A stretch of DNA of 54,295 nt, from positions 62,001-116,295 of the forward strand of contig CAUYUJ010000252.1 in the NCBI GenBank assembly GCA_963575745.1. The letters run 5' to 3'. Shown here piece after piece: positions 11,878 through 25,433 of this stretch (its first letter is position 1; every line of letters starts with the position of its first letter). The notes under the pieces are model-generated. The model did not search any database, was not told the origin of the DNA, and saw only the letters and a list, made by a program, of their open reading frames with translations. The position numbers and the translations under genes were made by a program. Origin of the DNA: Prorocentrum cordatum (taxonomy: Eukaryota).

Positions 11878-14628
11878 TTAAGTCGGGCATGTCCCTCTAC
11901 AGGAGGAGTATTAAAACATATGTAAAAAATAGTCAGGTGACGATTTTTGGGTACTATTTTTGACGATGCTTGATTTAAAAACATATTTTTCGTACAGAAT
12001 CCGCCTGCAGGGAGACACGCCCGACCTGATGCTACGCACCCTGAGGATCTGGAGGGGGAGGAGGAAGGGTGGAGCCCTGGCCCGTGCCCACCGCGGGCCT
12101 GGGCGGGCAAATCTTGAGATCCGACGACGCGAACAAGTTGCAACGTCGTGAAACATCGCGACCGCAGCGTGGTCGTTTTTTATTCGTCGTTTTGCCGATC
12201 GGCGCGGGCCCTGGCACCCCCTCCTCCCCCCCCCACTCGGAGTAGATCTTGACTGTTTTTGGCGCCCGTTTCGAGCAGGTGGAGCCTCCCCCATCATGGA
12301 CGCACTGCTGCAAGCAGCCGCACTGAGCAGAGGTCCGGAGGAGCCAGCCACCCCCCTTGCGCCTAACTAGTGTCGAAACGCCGAATAAATCACGTTCACA
12401 GCCCAGGATCCAATCTTTCTGCTCCATGTTTCGAGCGGCACCGACCTGTGAGGGTCTTGGGGCCCCAGACTGGGCAAAAGCGCTTGGCTCGAAACAAATG
12501 ATACGCCATGGATCCCAGGGAATCTCTCGAGGCACCCGGATCCCACAGCGATGTGGGGGAGCAGGGGCCCATCAGAGAAGCGCCCCATCTCGGCATGCGT
12601 GCCCTGGGAGCGCCCTGAGTTCTGGGACGAAAGAGCGCTTCCTGCCGCTGCTGGCAGCCCTCGTGCCCTTGCCTCTGCGGTCCGTCCTCTGACGTTCTCA
12701 CTGGTCGCCCGCCGCCCCAAAGAGCCCAACTTCGGTGGCTAAGGGTCTTGTGTCCTCACCACGCGTCCTTGACAATGCTCGTTTTGTCACTAGCGTTTGG
12801 TGGGCCCGGGGCCCGGTGGGGCTACCATCGTGATAGTTATTGTGAAGGCCTCGCGGCCTGTGCCGCCCACTCTGAAGGCGGCATTTCCCCGGGATCCGAC
12901 CCGGGGGCCACGGCCAGGGCAGGGGCAGGAGCAACGACCACGGCGACGGCCACGGCCAGGGCCGGGGTCGGGGCTGGGGCCGGGGCCAGGGCCAGGGCCA
13001 GGGCCCCCCCATGGGGGGAACCTTTCCCCGTCCCCCTGTCCACCACAGGTAGGTGGGACCACCCCCAGGGACCCGTCGGGACCCCGGGGGGAGGGGGTAG
13101 GGGGGGGTAATCTGACCCGGGACCACCCCCTACCCCTTCCCCCTACGTACCACCCCCTACCACTCCCCCCGTGAGGGAAAAGGGAAAAATGGAAGGACAC
13201 CGACTTGACTACGACGTTTCTTTCCTCTGTTCGTTCCTCAATTTTCGAGGGACTGGGGACGACGACGAAGACGACGACGACAGCGTCTCACACACGCCGA
13301 AGGGCCGGCAGATTTCGCAACGAGCAGAGGTGGGGGAACCTTCAGGGCCGAGGGCTCTTTGCATTCTGCTGGCGCGAGGTCGGCGGGGCGGATGTTTTCG
13401 AGCAGCCCCCTCCTGGCCGCGCGTGCGCGCAGATCAGACTAGCGACCAGCGCAGGGAAGAGGGCCCCTCCCCAGGGCCCTTCCCAGTACCCCCGGACCGT
13501 AGAAAGGCGACTCGGGACGAACGGCTGGTCCGGGGGGTGTTCCTGTTGTTGCTCATCCCTCCCAACTCCCCCCCCGCCCTCCCTCCTCCTCCTCCCCCCG
13601 TTCTCCTCTCCTCCTTCTCCTCATCATTCCTCCTCCTTCCTCCTCCTCCTTTCTACTCCCGCCTGTTCTCTCTCCCTCTTCCGATCGCCGCCGCCTCTGA
13701 CCCCTCCGCCGCCGCCCCCCCGCGCCCTTCGCTTCGCCTCCCCACCCCGCCTCCCCCGCTCTCGCCCGCGCTCATCCTCCTCCTCACTCTCCTATTTTGT
13801 CCCTCTTCCTCCTTCCCCCTCATCATCTCCTCCTCCACCCCGTTTTCCTCCTCCTCCCCCTCTCCTGAGCCCTCCTCCTCTCCCTCCGCCTTTCTTCCTC
13901 CTACTCCCTCCCCTGATCTCTACTCATCACTGCTCTCATCCGCCTACTCAATCCTCATCTCTCCTCCTCCTCCCTCCTACCTCCTCCCTCCTCCTGCCTC
14001 CTCACTCCCCCCCCCCGTTCGTCCTCCTCGCCTCCTCCTCCTCCTCCTCCTCCTCCTCCTCCTCCTCCTCCTCCCCCTCCCCCTCTCTTTCCCCCTCCCC
14101 CTCCTTCCCATCTCCGATCTCGCCTTGCCGACCTCGCCAGCCAGGCGGGCGAGCGCCCCTCCACCGAAGGGCCACGGCCTGCGCGGGCCTTCGTCGGGGG
14201 GCGGCAGGCCGAGCTCCTCCAGGGAGCCGCTCCCGGGCGTCAGCAGCGGCCGGGGGCGCCAGCGGCCTCCCTCGGCGCTGGGGCTGAGTCGGGCATGTCC
14301 CTCTACGTGGGGAGCATTCAAAAATAGTCAAACATAATAGGATGGGAGCATGTGTCGACTATCTCGGATGACTTTGGATGTTCATGTTTATATGCTTTTG
14401 TCGATGTATTGTTTTTTTTGCAGGTTTAACGCATATTCGACCAGTTTCGTCTATACCTACATTTCGTGTATTTCTGACGAGTATGTATCTACATTTTTTT
14501 TATATATATATAAATATAGATATATAGATGTATATATTATATATGTATGTAAACACATTTACATACATATATATATACATATAATTTGTCGTTCAAAATA
14601 GGCCTGTAAGGGGACATGCCCGACCTAA
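11878..14628. mobile_element. Non-autonomous TIR element family: two left-type and one right-type terminal repeat
   Basis: ttaagtcgggcatgtccctctacagg (11878-11903) and gtcgggcatgtccctctac (14288-14306) versus inverted cctgtaaggggacatgcccgacctaa (14603-14628; 23/26 match). The inner element has an AT-rich/(TA)n core. Confidence 0.6.
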
Positions 14629-14912
14629 GCCAACGGCCTCCCTTGGCGCCAGGGGGTGCGCGGCCGCGCCCGCGCGCGGGTGTGCCGCTGGGGCACGCCG
14701 TGCCGGGGGTGCTCCAGAACTCGAGGAGAGCAGGGGCCATGAGGAAATCACGCCTGGAGCTCCTCCCGCTTCCAGCTTCGCACGGGCCTCGGAACCTTAC
14801 GTTTTTTTGTTTTTGTTTTAGCCGATTCAGTCCGTGACAGTCCCAGGGCCCGAGAGTAGGCGGCAATGTCGCGACGCCCTGACTTCGGGGGGAGCGGCTG
14901 GGTTTGGCTGAG

Positions 14913-15004
14913 GCCGAGACTGCGTTTCCTACGTGCGCCAGAATCTCCACAGCAACATCGTGCAGGCCCTGAACGACCGGGGCGGGCTCGATAAGTCGGA
15001 GAAG
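14913..15004 (+). CDS. PP2C exon D
   Basis: (G)RDCVSYVRQNLHSNIVQALNDRGGLDKSEK, the helix after DGHGG. AG acceptor 14911-14912, GT donor at 15005, phase matches exon C. Confidence 0.9.
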
Positions 15005-15069
15005 GTGCACCGCGACCCTCCCCTGTGCGGATGCGGGAGGAGGAGGAGAATAAGGAGGATGGGAGGGGG

Positions 15070-16790
<1,721 letters not shown>

Positions 16791-16791
16791 G

Positions 16792-16848
16792 GTGCACCAT
16801 GACATGTACGAGAGCCTGGTCGAGGGCTTCCGTGAGACGGACAAGCAG
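16792..16848 (+). CDS. PP2C exon E
   Basis: VHHDMYESLVEGFRETDKQ (LxxxFxxTD helix of PP2C). AG acceptor 16790-16791, GA donor at 16849. Confidence 0.9.
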
Positions 16849-18705
16849 GATCCCCCCCTTGTGCGGCCATCCCCGCCAAGCGGCGAGGGCCTTTCTTGGG
16901 CAGCTTCACCTCCTGTTCCTCCTTTCCTCCTCTCTGCCCCCTCTTCTCACTCCTCCTCTTTACCCCAATCAGCCCTTGCTTTATCCTGCCCTACTTTCCT
17001 AATCCTTCTTGTTCGTATCCATTTCTTCACTCTCCTCCTGTCCCTAATCCTGCCTCTACCTCTGCTTGTCGTCTTTCCCTTCCTCCTGCATCTCCTCGTT
17101 TCCCTCCTCCCCTCCTCCCCAGTTTTCTCGTCCTTCTCAGCCCTACTCCGTTCCCCCGTCCATCCCTCCCTCCCTCCCCCAACTCCTTTTCCTCCTAACC
17201 TTCCTCCTCCTCCTTCTCTTCCTCCTCCTCCTCCTCCTTTGTCTTCCTCTTCCTCCATCTCCTCCTCCTCCTCCTCCTCCTCCCTTTTCCTCGCCCACCC
17301 TTCCTCCCTTTCTCTTCCTCTCTCTCTCCTTCTCCTCCTCCTCCTCCTCCTCCTCCTCCTCCTCCTCCTCCACTTACTTCCAACCGCTCAGAGCTCGACG
17401 TGAAGGGCACCCCTTCTCAGGGGGGCCCGAAGGGGGCGACCGCCTCCCGCCGGCTGCGGGCGCGGCGCGGTCGGGCGGCTCGTCTCGAGGCGCGCGGTCG
17501 CCGACCGGTCGCCTTGCAGGCCTCTCGTGCTGCGCTGCACCCCCTTCGCAGTTTCCCTCCGTCTCGTCCCTCCTCCTCGTCCTCCTCCCTCCCTCCTTTT
17601 TCTCCATCCCTCCCTCCTCCTCCCGTTTCCTCCTCCTCCTCCTCTTCCTCCCCTCTTCCTCTCTTCCCTCCTCCTCGCCTCCTCCTCCTCCTCCTCTCCT
17701 TCCTCCCTCCTCCTCCTCCTCTATCCTCTCTCCTTCCTCTTCCCCCCGTCCTCCTCCTCCTCCGCCGCCGCCTTCTCCTCCTCCTCCTCCTCCTCCTCCT
17801 CCTCCTCCACCCTCCTTCCGCTCACTGGCATCGTCGAAATTGTCGTTCTCGTCTTTGTCACTGTTAAGTATCAGAGTGAGGGGGCCGAATGGTCATTCAC
17901 TGTCCCTGAGCGCGTGGCTGAAATAAGGTTCTGCGGTGTGGTTTGTTGTTGTTGTGTTTGTGAACTCTCATCTCTAAAGACTAAATCTTGTTGACCCCCC
18001 CTCCGGTAACACATGTGTTTTTTAATTGAAGTGCCTCTCCTGGGGCTCGCACCCGGTTTTTGATTAGGGAAAGTCTTGCTCCTCAAACTGCGCCCCTGGC
18101 CCCTCGGCTACAACAACAACGGTTCCCTACTGATACTTCCTCACAAGCTACCCCCAAATCGCGCTCTCGCGCGGGACTTCTTCACACTGTATGCAGAAAT
18201 CGCGCTCTCGCCTTGAATTTCCTCACAACTTATTCAGACGCCGCGCCCTCGACATTCAGGAGTCACGCTCTCGCTGTGGATTTCCTCAGGATTGATTTGG
18301 GAATCGAGCTGTCGCTCGAGACTTCCTTGCGATTCATGCAGAACGCACGCTTTAGCAACCCGCCTGCCTGACCCGGCCGCCTGGGCCCTCCTTCCCGACC
18401 CGCTTGGTAGGGTCTAACCGCCCGGTCTGCCCGTCTGGTTTTGCCACGTGTTTTCTGTTCCTAGCCCCCCTGCTACTCTCTCTCGTGCTCCATCCTCCTC
18501 TCCCTCCCCCTTGTCCCTTCCTTCCATTCGTCCTCTCTTGCCTCATGGTCTGCACGAAAAACACGTTGCAGGCAAGAAAGGTCTACTCCCGAGGGGGTAC
18601 GGTCGAAGACGACGAGGGAAAGTGTCGAGGGTTTGGGATATACGTTTTGAATGGCACGCGAGCAGATAAACGCGAACATTCTTAACATGTTTTTTTTTTT
18701 GTTTC

Positions 18706-18865
18706 TGTTGTTGCAGTTGCTGTTGCTGCTGCTGTTGTTGCTGTTGTTGTTGTTGCTGTTGGTGTTGATGTTGTTTGTTGTTGTTGGTGTTGGTGTTGTT
18801 GTTGTTGTTGTTGTTGTTGTTGGTTTTGCTGTTGTTGTTGATGTTGTTGTTGCTGTTGCTGTTGC

Positions 18866-18920
<55 letters not shown>

Positions 18921-19145
18921 GATTTTGTTGATTTTGTTGTTTGTTGTTTGCTGTTTGTTGTCGTTGTCCCCCCCGCGACCCACCCCGCGACCCGCCCGCG
19001 ACCCCTTCCGCGACCCACCCCGCGACCCACCCGCGACCCACACGCGACCCACCCCGCGACCTGCCCGCGACCCACCCGCGACCCACCGCGATCCACCCGC
19101 GACCCCGCCCGCGACCCACCCGCGACCCACCCCGCGACCCACCCA
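18706..19145. repeat. (GTT)n microsatellite followed by ccgcgacccac 11-12-bp minisatellite
   Basis: Direct reading. Confidence 0.9.
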
Positions 19146-19573
19146 CATTTCTTGATCGGAAAAATCAGCGCCCGCGGCGGGCATGCTGCATACTCTGTGT
19201 GAAATTGCGGCGCCTGCGGCGGGCTTCTTCGGAGCCTCGCGGACTGTCGACGTTCCCGCCGCCCCCGCACTCTTGCCCGCAAGTGCGTCGTGCTACGTGC
19301 TCCTCCCCCTCCTGCTCCTGCCAAGGGAGGAACAGCCACCCGGACCGGACAATTAGCGTTTACTCAACGGCCCTGGGCGTGTACTGAACAGCCCTGCCCT
19401 GTTCGATTCCTTCTTTGGGCGCTTTTGACTTCGCGCGTCGGGGTGGTTATGGGGGTCGATTTTTCACCTCTCCTCCTGCCCCCCGTCCCCCCCCCCTGCT
19501 CGTCGCCCCCGCCCTCCTCGCGGCGGGCGCTTTTTTTTGGACGGGGCGGCCGAAGAAGCCCGACCGCCCCCAG

Positions 19574-19613
19574 TTCCTGCGCATGGCGCGGGCGGTGGAG
19601 GGCCTGAACGGCG
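19574..19613 (+). CDS. PP2C exon F (3' boundary uncertain: 19610 or 19613)
   Basis: FLRMARAVEGLNG(G), continuing TDKQ|FL and leading to the expected GSTA motif. cccccAG acceptor, candidate GC donors. Confidence 0.75.
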
Positions 19614-19646
19614 GCCGCGGGCCCAGCGCTGGGAGAGGAGGGGGAC

Positions 19647-19715
<69 letters not shown>

Positions 19716-19755
19716 GGTGATGATGATGATGATCATGATGATCATGCTGATGATC

Positions 19756-19802
<47 letters not shown>

Positions 19803-19849
19803 GATGAAGATGATGATGATGCTAAGTTTGATGATGGTGGTGATGATGG

Positions 19850-19886
<37 letters not shown>

Positions 19887-19965
19887 ACGCTGATGATGGT
19901 GATGATGGTTATTATTTTGATGATGCTTATTATAATACTGATGATGCTGATGATGATGATTCTGG

Positions 19966-20201
19966 GCCTCCTGGATGGGGTCCGAGTAGATGGGGTCGGA
20001 GGATCGCGGCGCATCGCTGATGCATCGGCGATTCATCGACGATAGGGCTCGGTGTGCAGCCCGATTTTCTCGTCGCCGATGCATCGTTGACGTCGCCAGT
20101 GCATGGCCGATGCATGGCCGATGCATCGCCGATGCAGCGCCGGTGCATCGCCGATGAGACGCGATTCTCAGACCCCATCTTTTCGGACCCATCTAGGAGG
20201 C
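19966..20201. mobile_element. MITE-like element inserted in a (GAT)n array
   Basis: ~42-bp imperfect TIRs gcctcctggatggggtccgagtagatggggtcggaggatcgcg with the reverse complement at 20160-20201; internal atgcatcgccg repeats. Confidence 0.75.
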
Positions 20202-20262
20202 ATCTGATGATGATGATGCTGATTATGATGGTGATGATGATGATGATGATGATGATGATGAC

Positions 20263-20323
<61 letters not shown>

Positions 20324-21374
20324 ATTCTGACACTGATGCTGATCATGATGATGATGATGCCGATGATGATGATATTGATGATGAGGAAGAGCAAACACAC
20401 ATTGTCAAATGCCTGATCGGAAGGCAAGTGCTTAATAATCCTCAAACGTGCCAGAACACCGTTTCTGGGACTTCAGCGTTGTGAGCAAATGTCACCGTTG
20501 CGCTCTGACAATCTTCAGTCGTGCAAGAACATTGCTCCTCGGACTTAACTGCGAGTCAGCGTGACTATTGCGTTCTGGCAATCTCAAGCCTTGCCAGATC
20601 ACAGTTTCTGGTACTTCGACCATGCGAATCCTTGGAATTATCGGTTGGTAACTTTTAGTGAGAATGTACGCGGCGCTAAGGCGAGCGCTACAGTTTGAAA
20701 AAGAGCCGCCCTTCATCTTTGAATATGTTGCAAACTTTAGGACGGATGTGCGCAGCGCTTCGGCGAGGGCCGCATTTTGTGAAAACCATTTTCCCACCAT
20801 CCGTGAAGCTGTTGCACACTGTTAAGACGAACGTGCTCGGCGCCAAGGCGGGAACCACATTTTGAAAACGGCCCACCCTCTATTCGTGAAGCTGTTGCAG
20901 GTTTCAAGCTTCAGGATCATAAATGGTGATGTTGTATCAAGCATGAGCCCGGTCCGCCCTACCGACACGTCTGGGGGTGCGGCAGACAGGAGGTATTTAT
21001 AAGGAAACGGGATGCAGGAGGAGTAGGAGGAGGAGGAGGAAGAGGATTTTCACTGTGCGCGTCGACAAGCTAAACTCTGCAAGCAGGTTAAAACTTAGTG
21101 GCATGAAAATTGAGGCTAGCTGCATACACTGCCTAGCTAGCGTGCGCCTGCAAGGCTGATACGACTGGCATGAGCCTTGCAGCCTCTGCTGGGACCAACC
21201 GAGACGCTGCACTCAAAACAGGTGCCACTAGCCACTGCTCTACCCGCAGCCTTTCAATTACCTCATCACCGTCGGAAACGCAGCTGAGCAACTCGAGGTC
21301 AGAGACTGAGAGTGCCTTCGCACCCTCGTCAAGACTCGAGCCTGCGGGCGTCTTCGCGCCCGAAGGTAAAGGAC

Positions 21375-22275
21375 CCGTCTGAAAGTCGGGTCTGGAAAAA
21401 TGCTGCCCTGAAAGGGACGACCCTTCCACCTCACCCGAAAGATCGCTCATAGCCATCTGCTCGGAGGGCGCCTCAACCGAAGGAGGCAGCCCCAAACCAG
21501 CGTCAACGAACTCTCCTGGGGGAGCATCGGAAAGAGGCTCAGCCAAAGTAGCATCTGAAAGGCGAACCTCACCAGACGGAGGCTCAGCCAAAAAGGGCTC
21601 CACAAGCGCAGGGCGAGCCTCAACAGTTGGAGGCTCAGCCAAAACAGCACTCGAAGAGACCACTGAGGGCACGTTAGCCTGGACGTCGGGTCTGTAAAAA
21701 AGCTGCCCTGAAAGGGCCGAGCCTTCCACCTCACCCGAAAGAGCGCTCGTAGCCACCTGATCGGAGGGCGCCTCAACCGAAGGAGGCAGCCCCAAACCAG
21801 CGTCAACGAATTCTCCTGGGGGAGCATCGGAAAGAGGCTCAGCCACAGTAGCATCTGAAAGGCGAGCCTCACCAGACGGAGGCTCAGCCAAAAAGGGCTC
21901 CACAAGCGTAGGGCGAGCCTCAACAGTTGGGAGGCTCAGCCAAAACAGCACTCGAAGAGACCACTGAGGGCACGTTAGCCTGGACGTCGGGTCTGTAAAA
22001 AAGCTGCCCTGAAAGGGCCGAGCCTTCCACCTCAACCGAAAGAGCGCTCGTAGCCATCTGATCGGAGGGCGCCTCAACCGAAGGAAGCAGCCCCAAACCA
22101 GCGTCAACGAATTCTCCTGGGCGAGCCTCGGAAAGAGGCTCAGCCAAAGTAGCAGCTGAAAGGCGAACCTCATCAGACGGAGGCTCAGCCAAAAGAGGCT
22201 CCCCTAGCGCAGGGCGAGCCTCAACAGTTGGAGGCTCAGCCAAACCAGCACTTGGAGAGACCACTGAGGGCACGA
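21375..22275 (-). repeat. 3 x ~300-bp tandem repeat (100-aa coding repeat)
   Basis: The same sequence recurs at 21481, 21781 and 22082 (periods 300 and 301). Confidence 0.93.
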
Positions 22276-23113
22276 TTGCAGAAGCGGCTTCAGCAACAGA
22301 CGAGCGAGCCTCATTAGAGGGAGGCTTAGCCAAGAATGCGTTTGAATCCACATCTCCTTTCTCCCTCTTCTTGTGCTTCCTTCTACGGCGAGTGCGATCG
22401 CCGATGAAGCAATTCAAGGCTCTGGACTCTTCCTCGGCTTCCTCAGCGGGGTGCGGGGAATACGGAGTGGTGGGGGCGGCGGCGGCACCCGCAACGCAGA
22501 GCTGCTCGATGCAGCCCTTGCTGGCGGGGGTGCTGGCGGCCACTCCTTCAAGCCCGCCTTGGCCTCCTCCGTGCGGACGTCCTTGTGCTTCTTCTTGCGC
22601 TTGCGCTTCCGAGGGCGCTTGGCCACTGCCACCTCCGGAGCCGGCGGCGGCGTCGGTATCTTCATGCAAGCCCTCGGAGCGTCCGGAGGCTCCTGAGGAT
22701 GAGAAAATACCTCCTTCGCTACCATCGATGTCGAGGACCCCGTACTGGCACCTTCGAAATTCTCCTTCAAAACTGGGGCCACAGGCTGAGCCGACGCCTT
22801 CTGGCTGTTGACCTTCAAACGGTCCCACCTCCTCAGACGTTTTACTGACTGCACCTCCTCCTCCGGCTTCATCGGCAGGTAAACCTGCTCAGGAGGCTGC
22901 GCGCCATTGTTGAATTCCATGTCCACCACGTCGAACGGGCTCCAAATCCCTGGCGGCGGCGACAGGGGTGCAGCCGTAGATAGAGCCTCCTGCGAGAACG
23001 ACGATCTCGAGCTCATCATTGGAAACTCCGAAGCGCTGAGAGAATTCCCTAACCCGGTGTCCTAGCGATGTGCCCAGCAATTCAACGTCAACAAAGAAAC
23101 GCATGGGCGGGGC

Positions 23114-23137
23114 CTTGAGCCAGAGCGGCTTGAGCCA
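23114..23137 (-). other. Tandem dinoflagellate spliced-leader (DinoSL) relics
   Basis: CTTGAGCCA at 23114-23122 and 23129-23137, 15-nt period. The inner unit matches the relic CCATTTTGGCTCAAG at 12/15 positions. Confidence 0.8.
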
Positions 23138-23710
23138 GGAGGAGGAGGAAGAGGAATAAGAGAAGGACGGGGAGGAGGAGGAGGAGGAGGAGGAGAAGGA
23201 GGAGGGAAAGGGGGTGATAAGCAGAAGGGAGTAGGAGTAGGACTGGTAGTCAAGCTAGCCATCTCGAACGAGTCAGCGGGCCTCGCCTCTTCTAGCCTGC
23301 TTCCCATAACATAAGATACGATTCTCAAGCATGCGCCTGAGCTGACCCCCTGGGCGCTCGGAATCGGGCAACCGCGCGCTCCTGGCCATGCCTCCAGCCG
23401 GCGCCCGCGTGTCCTGGTAGACCAGCGGTTCGTGAGTGCATATTGAGGACACAGACAATATGCGAGTGCCGCCCACTTTAGCGTGGTACGCTGTTCACCT
23501 TGACGAAAAAAAAAAATTCTCAAGCGTGCGCCGCGCCCAAGCGGAATTTTGCCACTCTCGGGCGACATCTGCGGGGCGCTCGAGCGAGCGCGGCATCTCG
23601 CCCGCTCGCGCGCGGCCCCTCGCCTCTGCTCCGACAGCTGTGCGAGCGAGCAGTGTGCGCCGCCCCCGGGCGGAGGTGTCACATTCAGGCGAGTCTGTGC
23701 GGGGACTTCA

Positions 23711-23925
23711 GGCAGTGCCAAGGGGGGTCACCACTGGGGGGGTCGCCAGCTTCTCCTGGAAATCGAGGCTCCAGGATGGAGAGTCGAGGGGTCGAGGATG
23801 TTCTTGGACGTTTCTTTGCGTTTTCGGGGCTCTGGGGGGCCCAGTTCCTCGAGGAAGTCTCGAGGACGTGGCGTTTCCTCGAGGAAGTGGCGACCCCCCT
23901 AGTGGTGACCCCCCTTTGCACTGCC
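23711..23925. mobile_element. MITE-like element
   Basis: ~45-bp TIRs ggcagtgccaaggggggtcaccactgg...gtcgcca, with tggcgacccccctagtggtgacccccctttgcactgcc at the right end. Confidence 0.75.
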
Positions 23926-25333
23926 CCATGATTGGGCGAGAAGGATACGTGGCCCTGCCGCACGCGACCCCGCCACCGACTGACTGGGGAGCGGGCAGTG
24001 TGCGCCGCGCCGGGGCGGAGGCGGAACTTTGACGACGTTTCTTAGCGGCTTTGTGGCGAGAGCGACATCTTCGCCGCCGTGTTGCGCGCGATGTGCGACG
24101 CGTTCCACTCTTGCCATTCACTCTGCCATGCCAATGACAACTCGTCCACGATGGAAGGGCAGTGCCGACTTCGTATTGCTTTTGGTGAGCACAGTGGAAG
24201 GGCACGTTTGCGCATGCTGCCAGCGCGGAAGTGAAATGAGGCGGGTCGGACTAAAGGTGCAGGAATCGGAGGAGGAGGACGAGGAGGAGGAGGAGGAGGA
24301 CGAGCAGGAGGAGCAGGAGGAGGAGGACAGTGGAGAAGAGACATCGGCGAGGTTGAAGAGGTGAGGGGATGAACGTCAGAAAGGGGGAAGAGGACCAGGA
24401 GGAGGAGGACGGATATGAGAAATACTGCGCGAGTGGATGATGAAGACGGTGATGATGATGGTGATGATGGTGGTGATGATGGTGGTGATGCAGAGCATGA
24501 GGCAGGATGTGTGTTTGATGGGGGGTTCGGGGTGTTGAGGGGGTGGGGGGCACTGGAGTATTGGAGTGCTGTCAGGTGTCGTGGTTCTTGTAGGTTCTGG
24601 GACTCCGCCTCCTCCCTTCATCTCAAGCCCGGGTGGTGTGGTTTTTGTCCTTCTCAATCTACTCCTGGTGCATCATGCCGGTTTGGCCTTATGCTTGTCA
24701 CGGTTAGCAACCTCAAGCATGTATGCTGGCCTTGCCAGCGCACACGGCATACAGTGTTTCACCAGGAACGGCAGGGCCGCCAGAAGTTGGGACCCGCCCC
24801 CCTCTCCCGTTGCATCCTGTCTCCTCTATCTCTTCGTCGAGGGGGATGAGGGGCAGGGGGCGGAAGCGGGCAGGTGGGAGAGGCGTCGGGGGGAGGGGTG
24901 TTCGAGACCCAGCTTCAAACTTCTGCGGCACGGCGACGTCGTCGGATGCAACATCTGTTGTTTGCTTGAGGGGCGGTCCTGTCGAGGCGAGGTAGGTGAT
25001 AAAATGGTTTCTGCCGCGAGGCTCGGGACGCCTTATCCAACCTTTCCGCCTTCCCTCCCTCCCTCCTCCCTCCCTCCCTCCCTTCTGTCTTCCTCGAGCG
25101 ACATTTTCGTCCTCTCACGCGTCGACGAGAACGCGTGCGAAAAACTTGTGCGGCGCCCAATCGGGAAGTCAGTTCTCTAGGGGAATAAGCGCGGCGCCTG
25201 GATGAGAGCGACAATTTGGCCTTCGCGTGGATTGTGCGCCACAGCCCGCTCCTGCCACGCATTTCGCAACATGGACCGCCTAATGTCCATGCTGAGACCC
25301 AAGAAGTCAGCATGGTTTGTGACAGGTCGGATG

Positions 25334-25433
25334 NNNNNNNNNNNNNNNNNNNNNNNNNNNNNNNNNNNNNNNNNNNNNNNNNNNNNNNNNNNNNNNNNNN
25401 NNNNNNNNNNNNNNNNNNNNNNNNNNNNNNNNN
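25334..25433. other. Assembly gap (run of N)
   Basis: About 100 N; true size unknown. Confidence 0.98.

Larger units (their letters stand above)
21047..23137 (-). pseudogene. Retroposed spliced-leader mRNA copy (processed pseudogene) of an unknown acidic repeat protein, antisense in a PP2C intron
   Basis: Minus strand reads TGGCTCAAG-CCGCTCTGGCTCAAG-gccccgccc-ATG(23104). Intronless frame to stop at 21133, broken by one stop (22889-22891) and a 1-bp frameshift (~21930). A4 at the 3' end. Flanked by identical AGGAGGAGGAGGAAGAGGA at 21028-21046 and 23137-23155. Confidence 0.8.

Noticed and set aside
24121..25000. GSADFVLL and GCNICCLL segments as the missing PP2C GSTA exon
   Set aside because: No convincing motif match or compatible splice phase.
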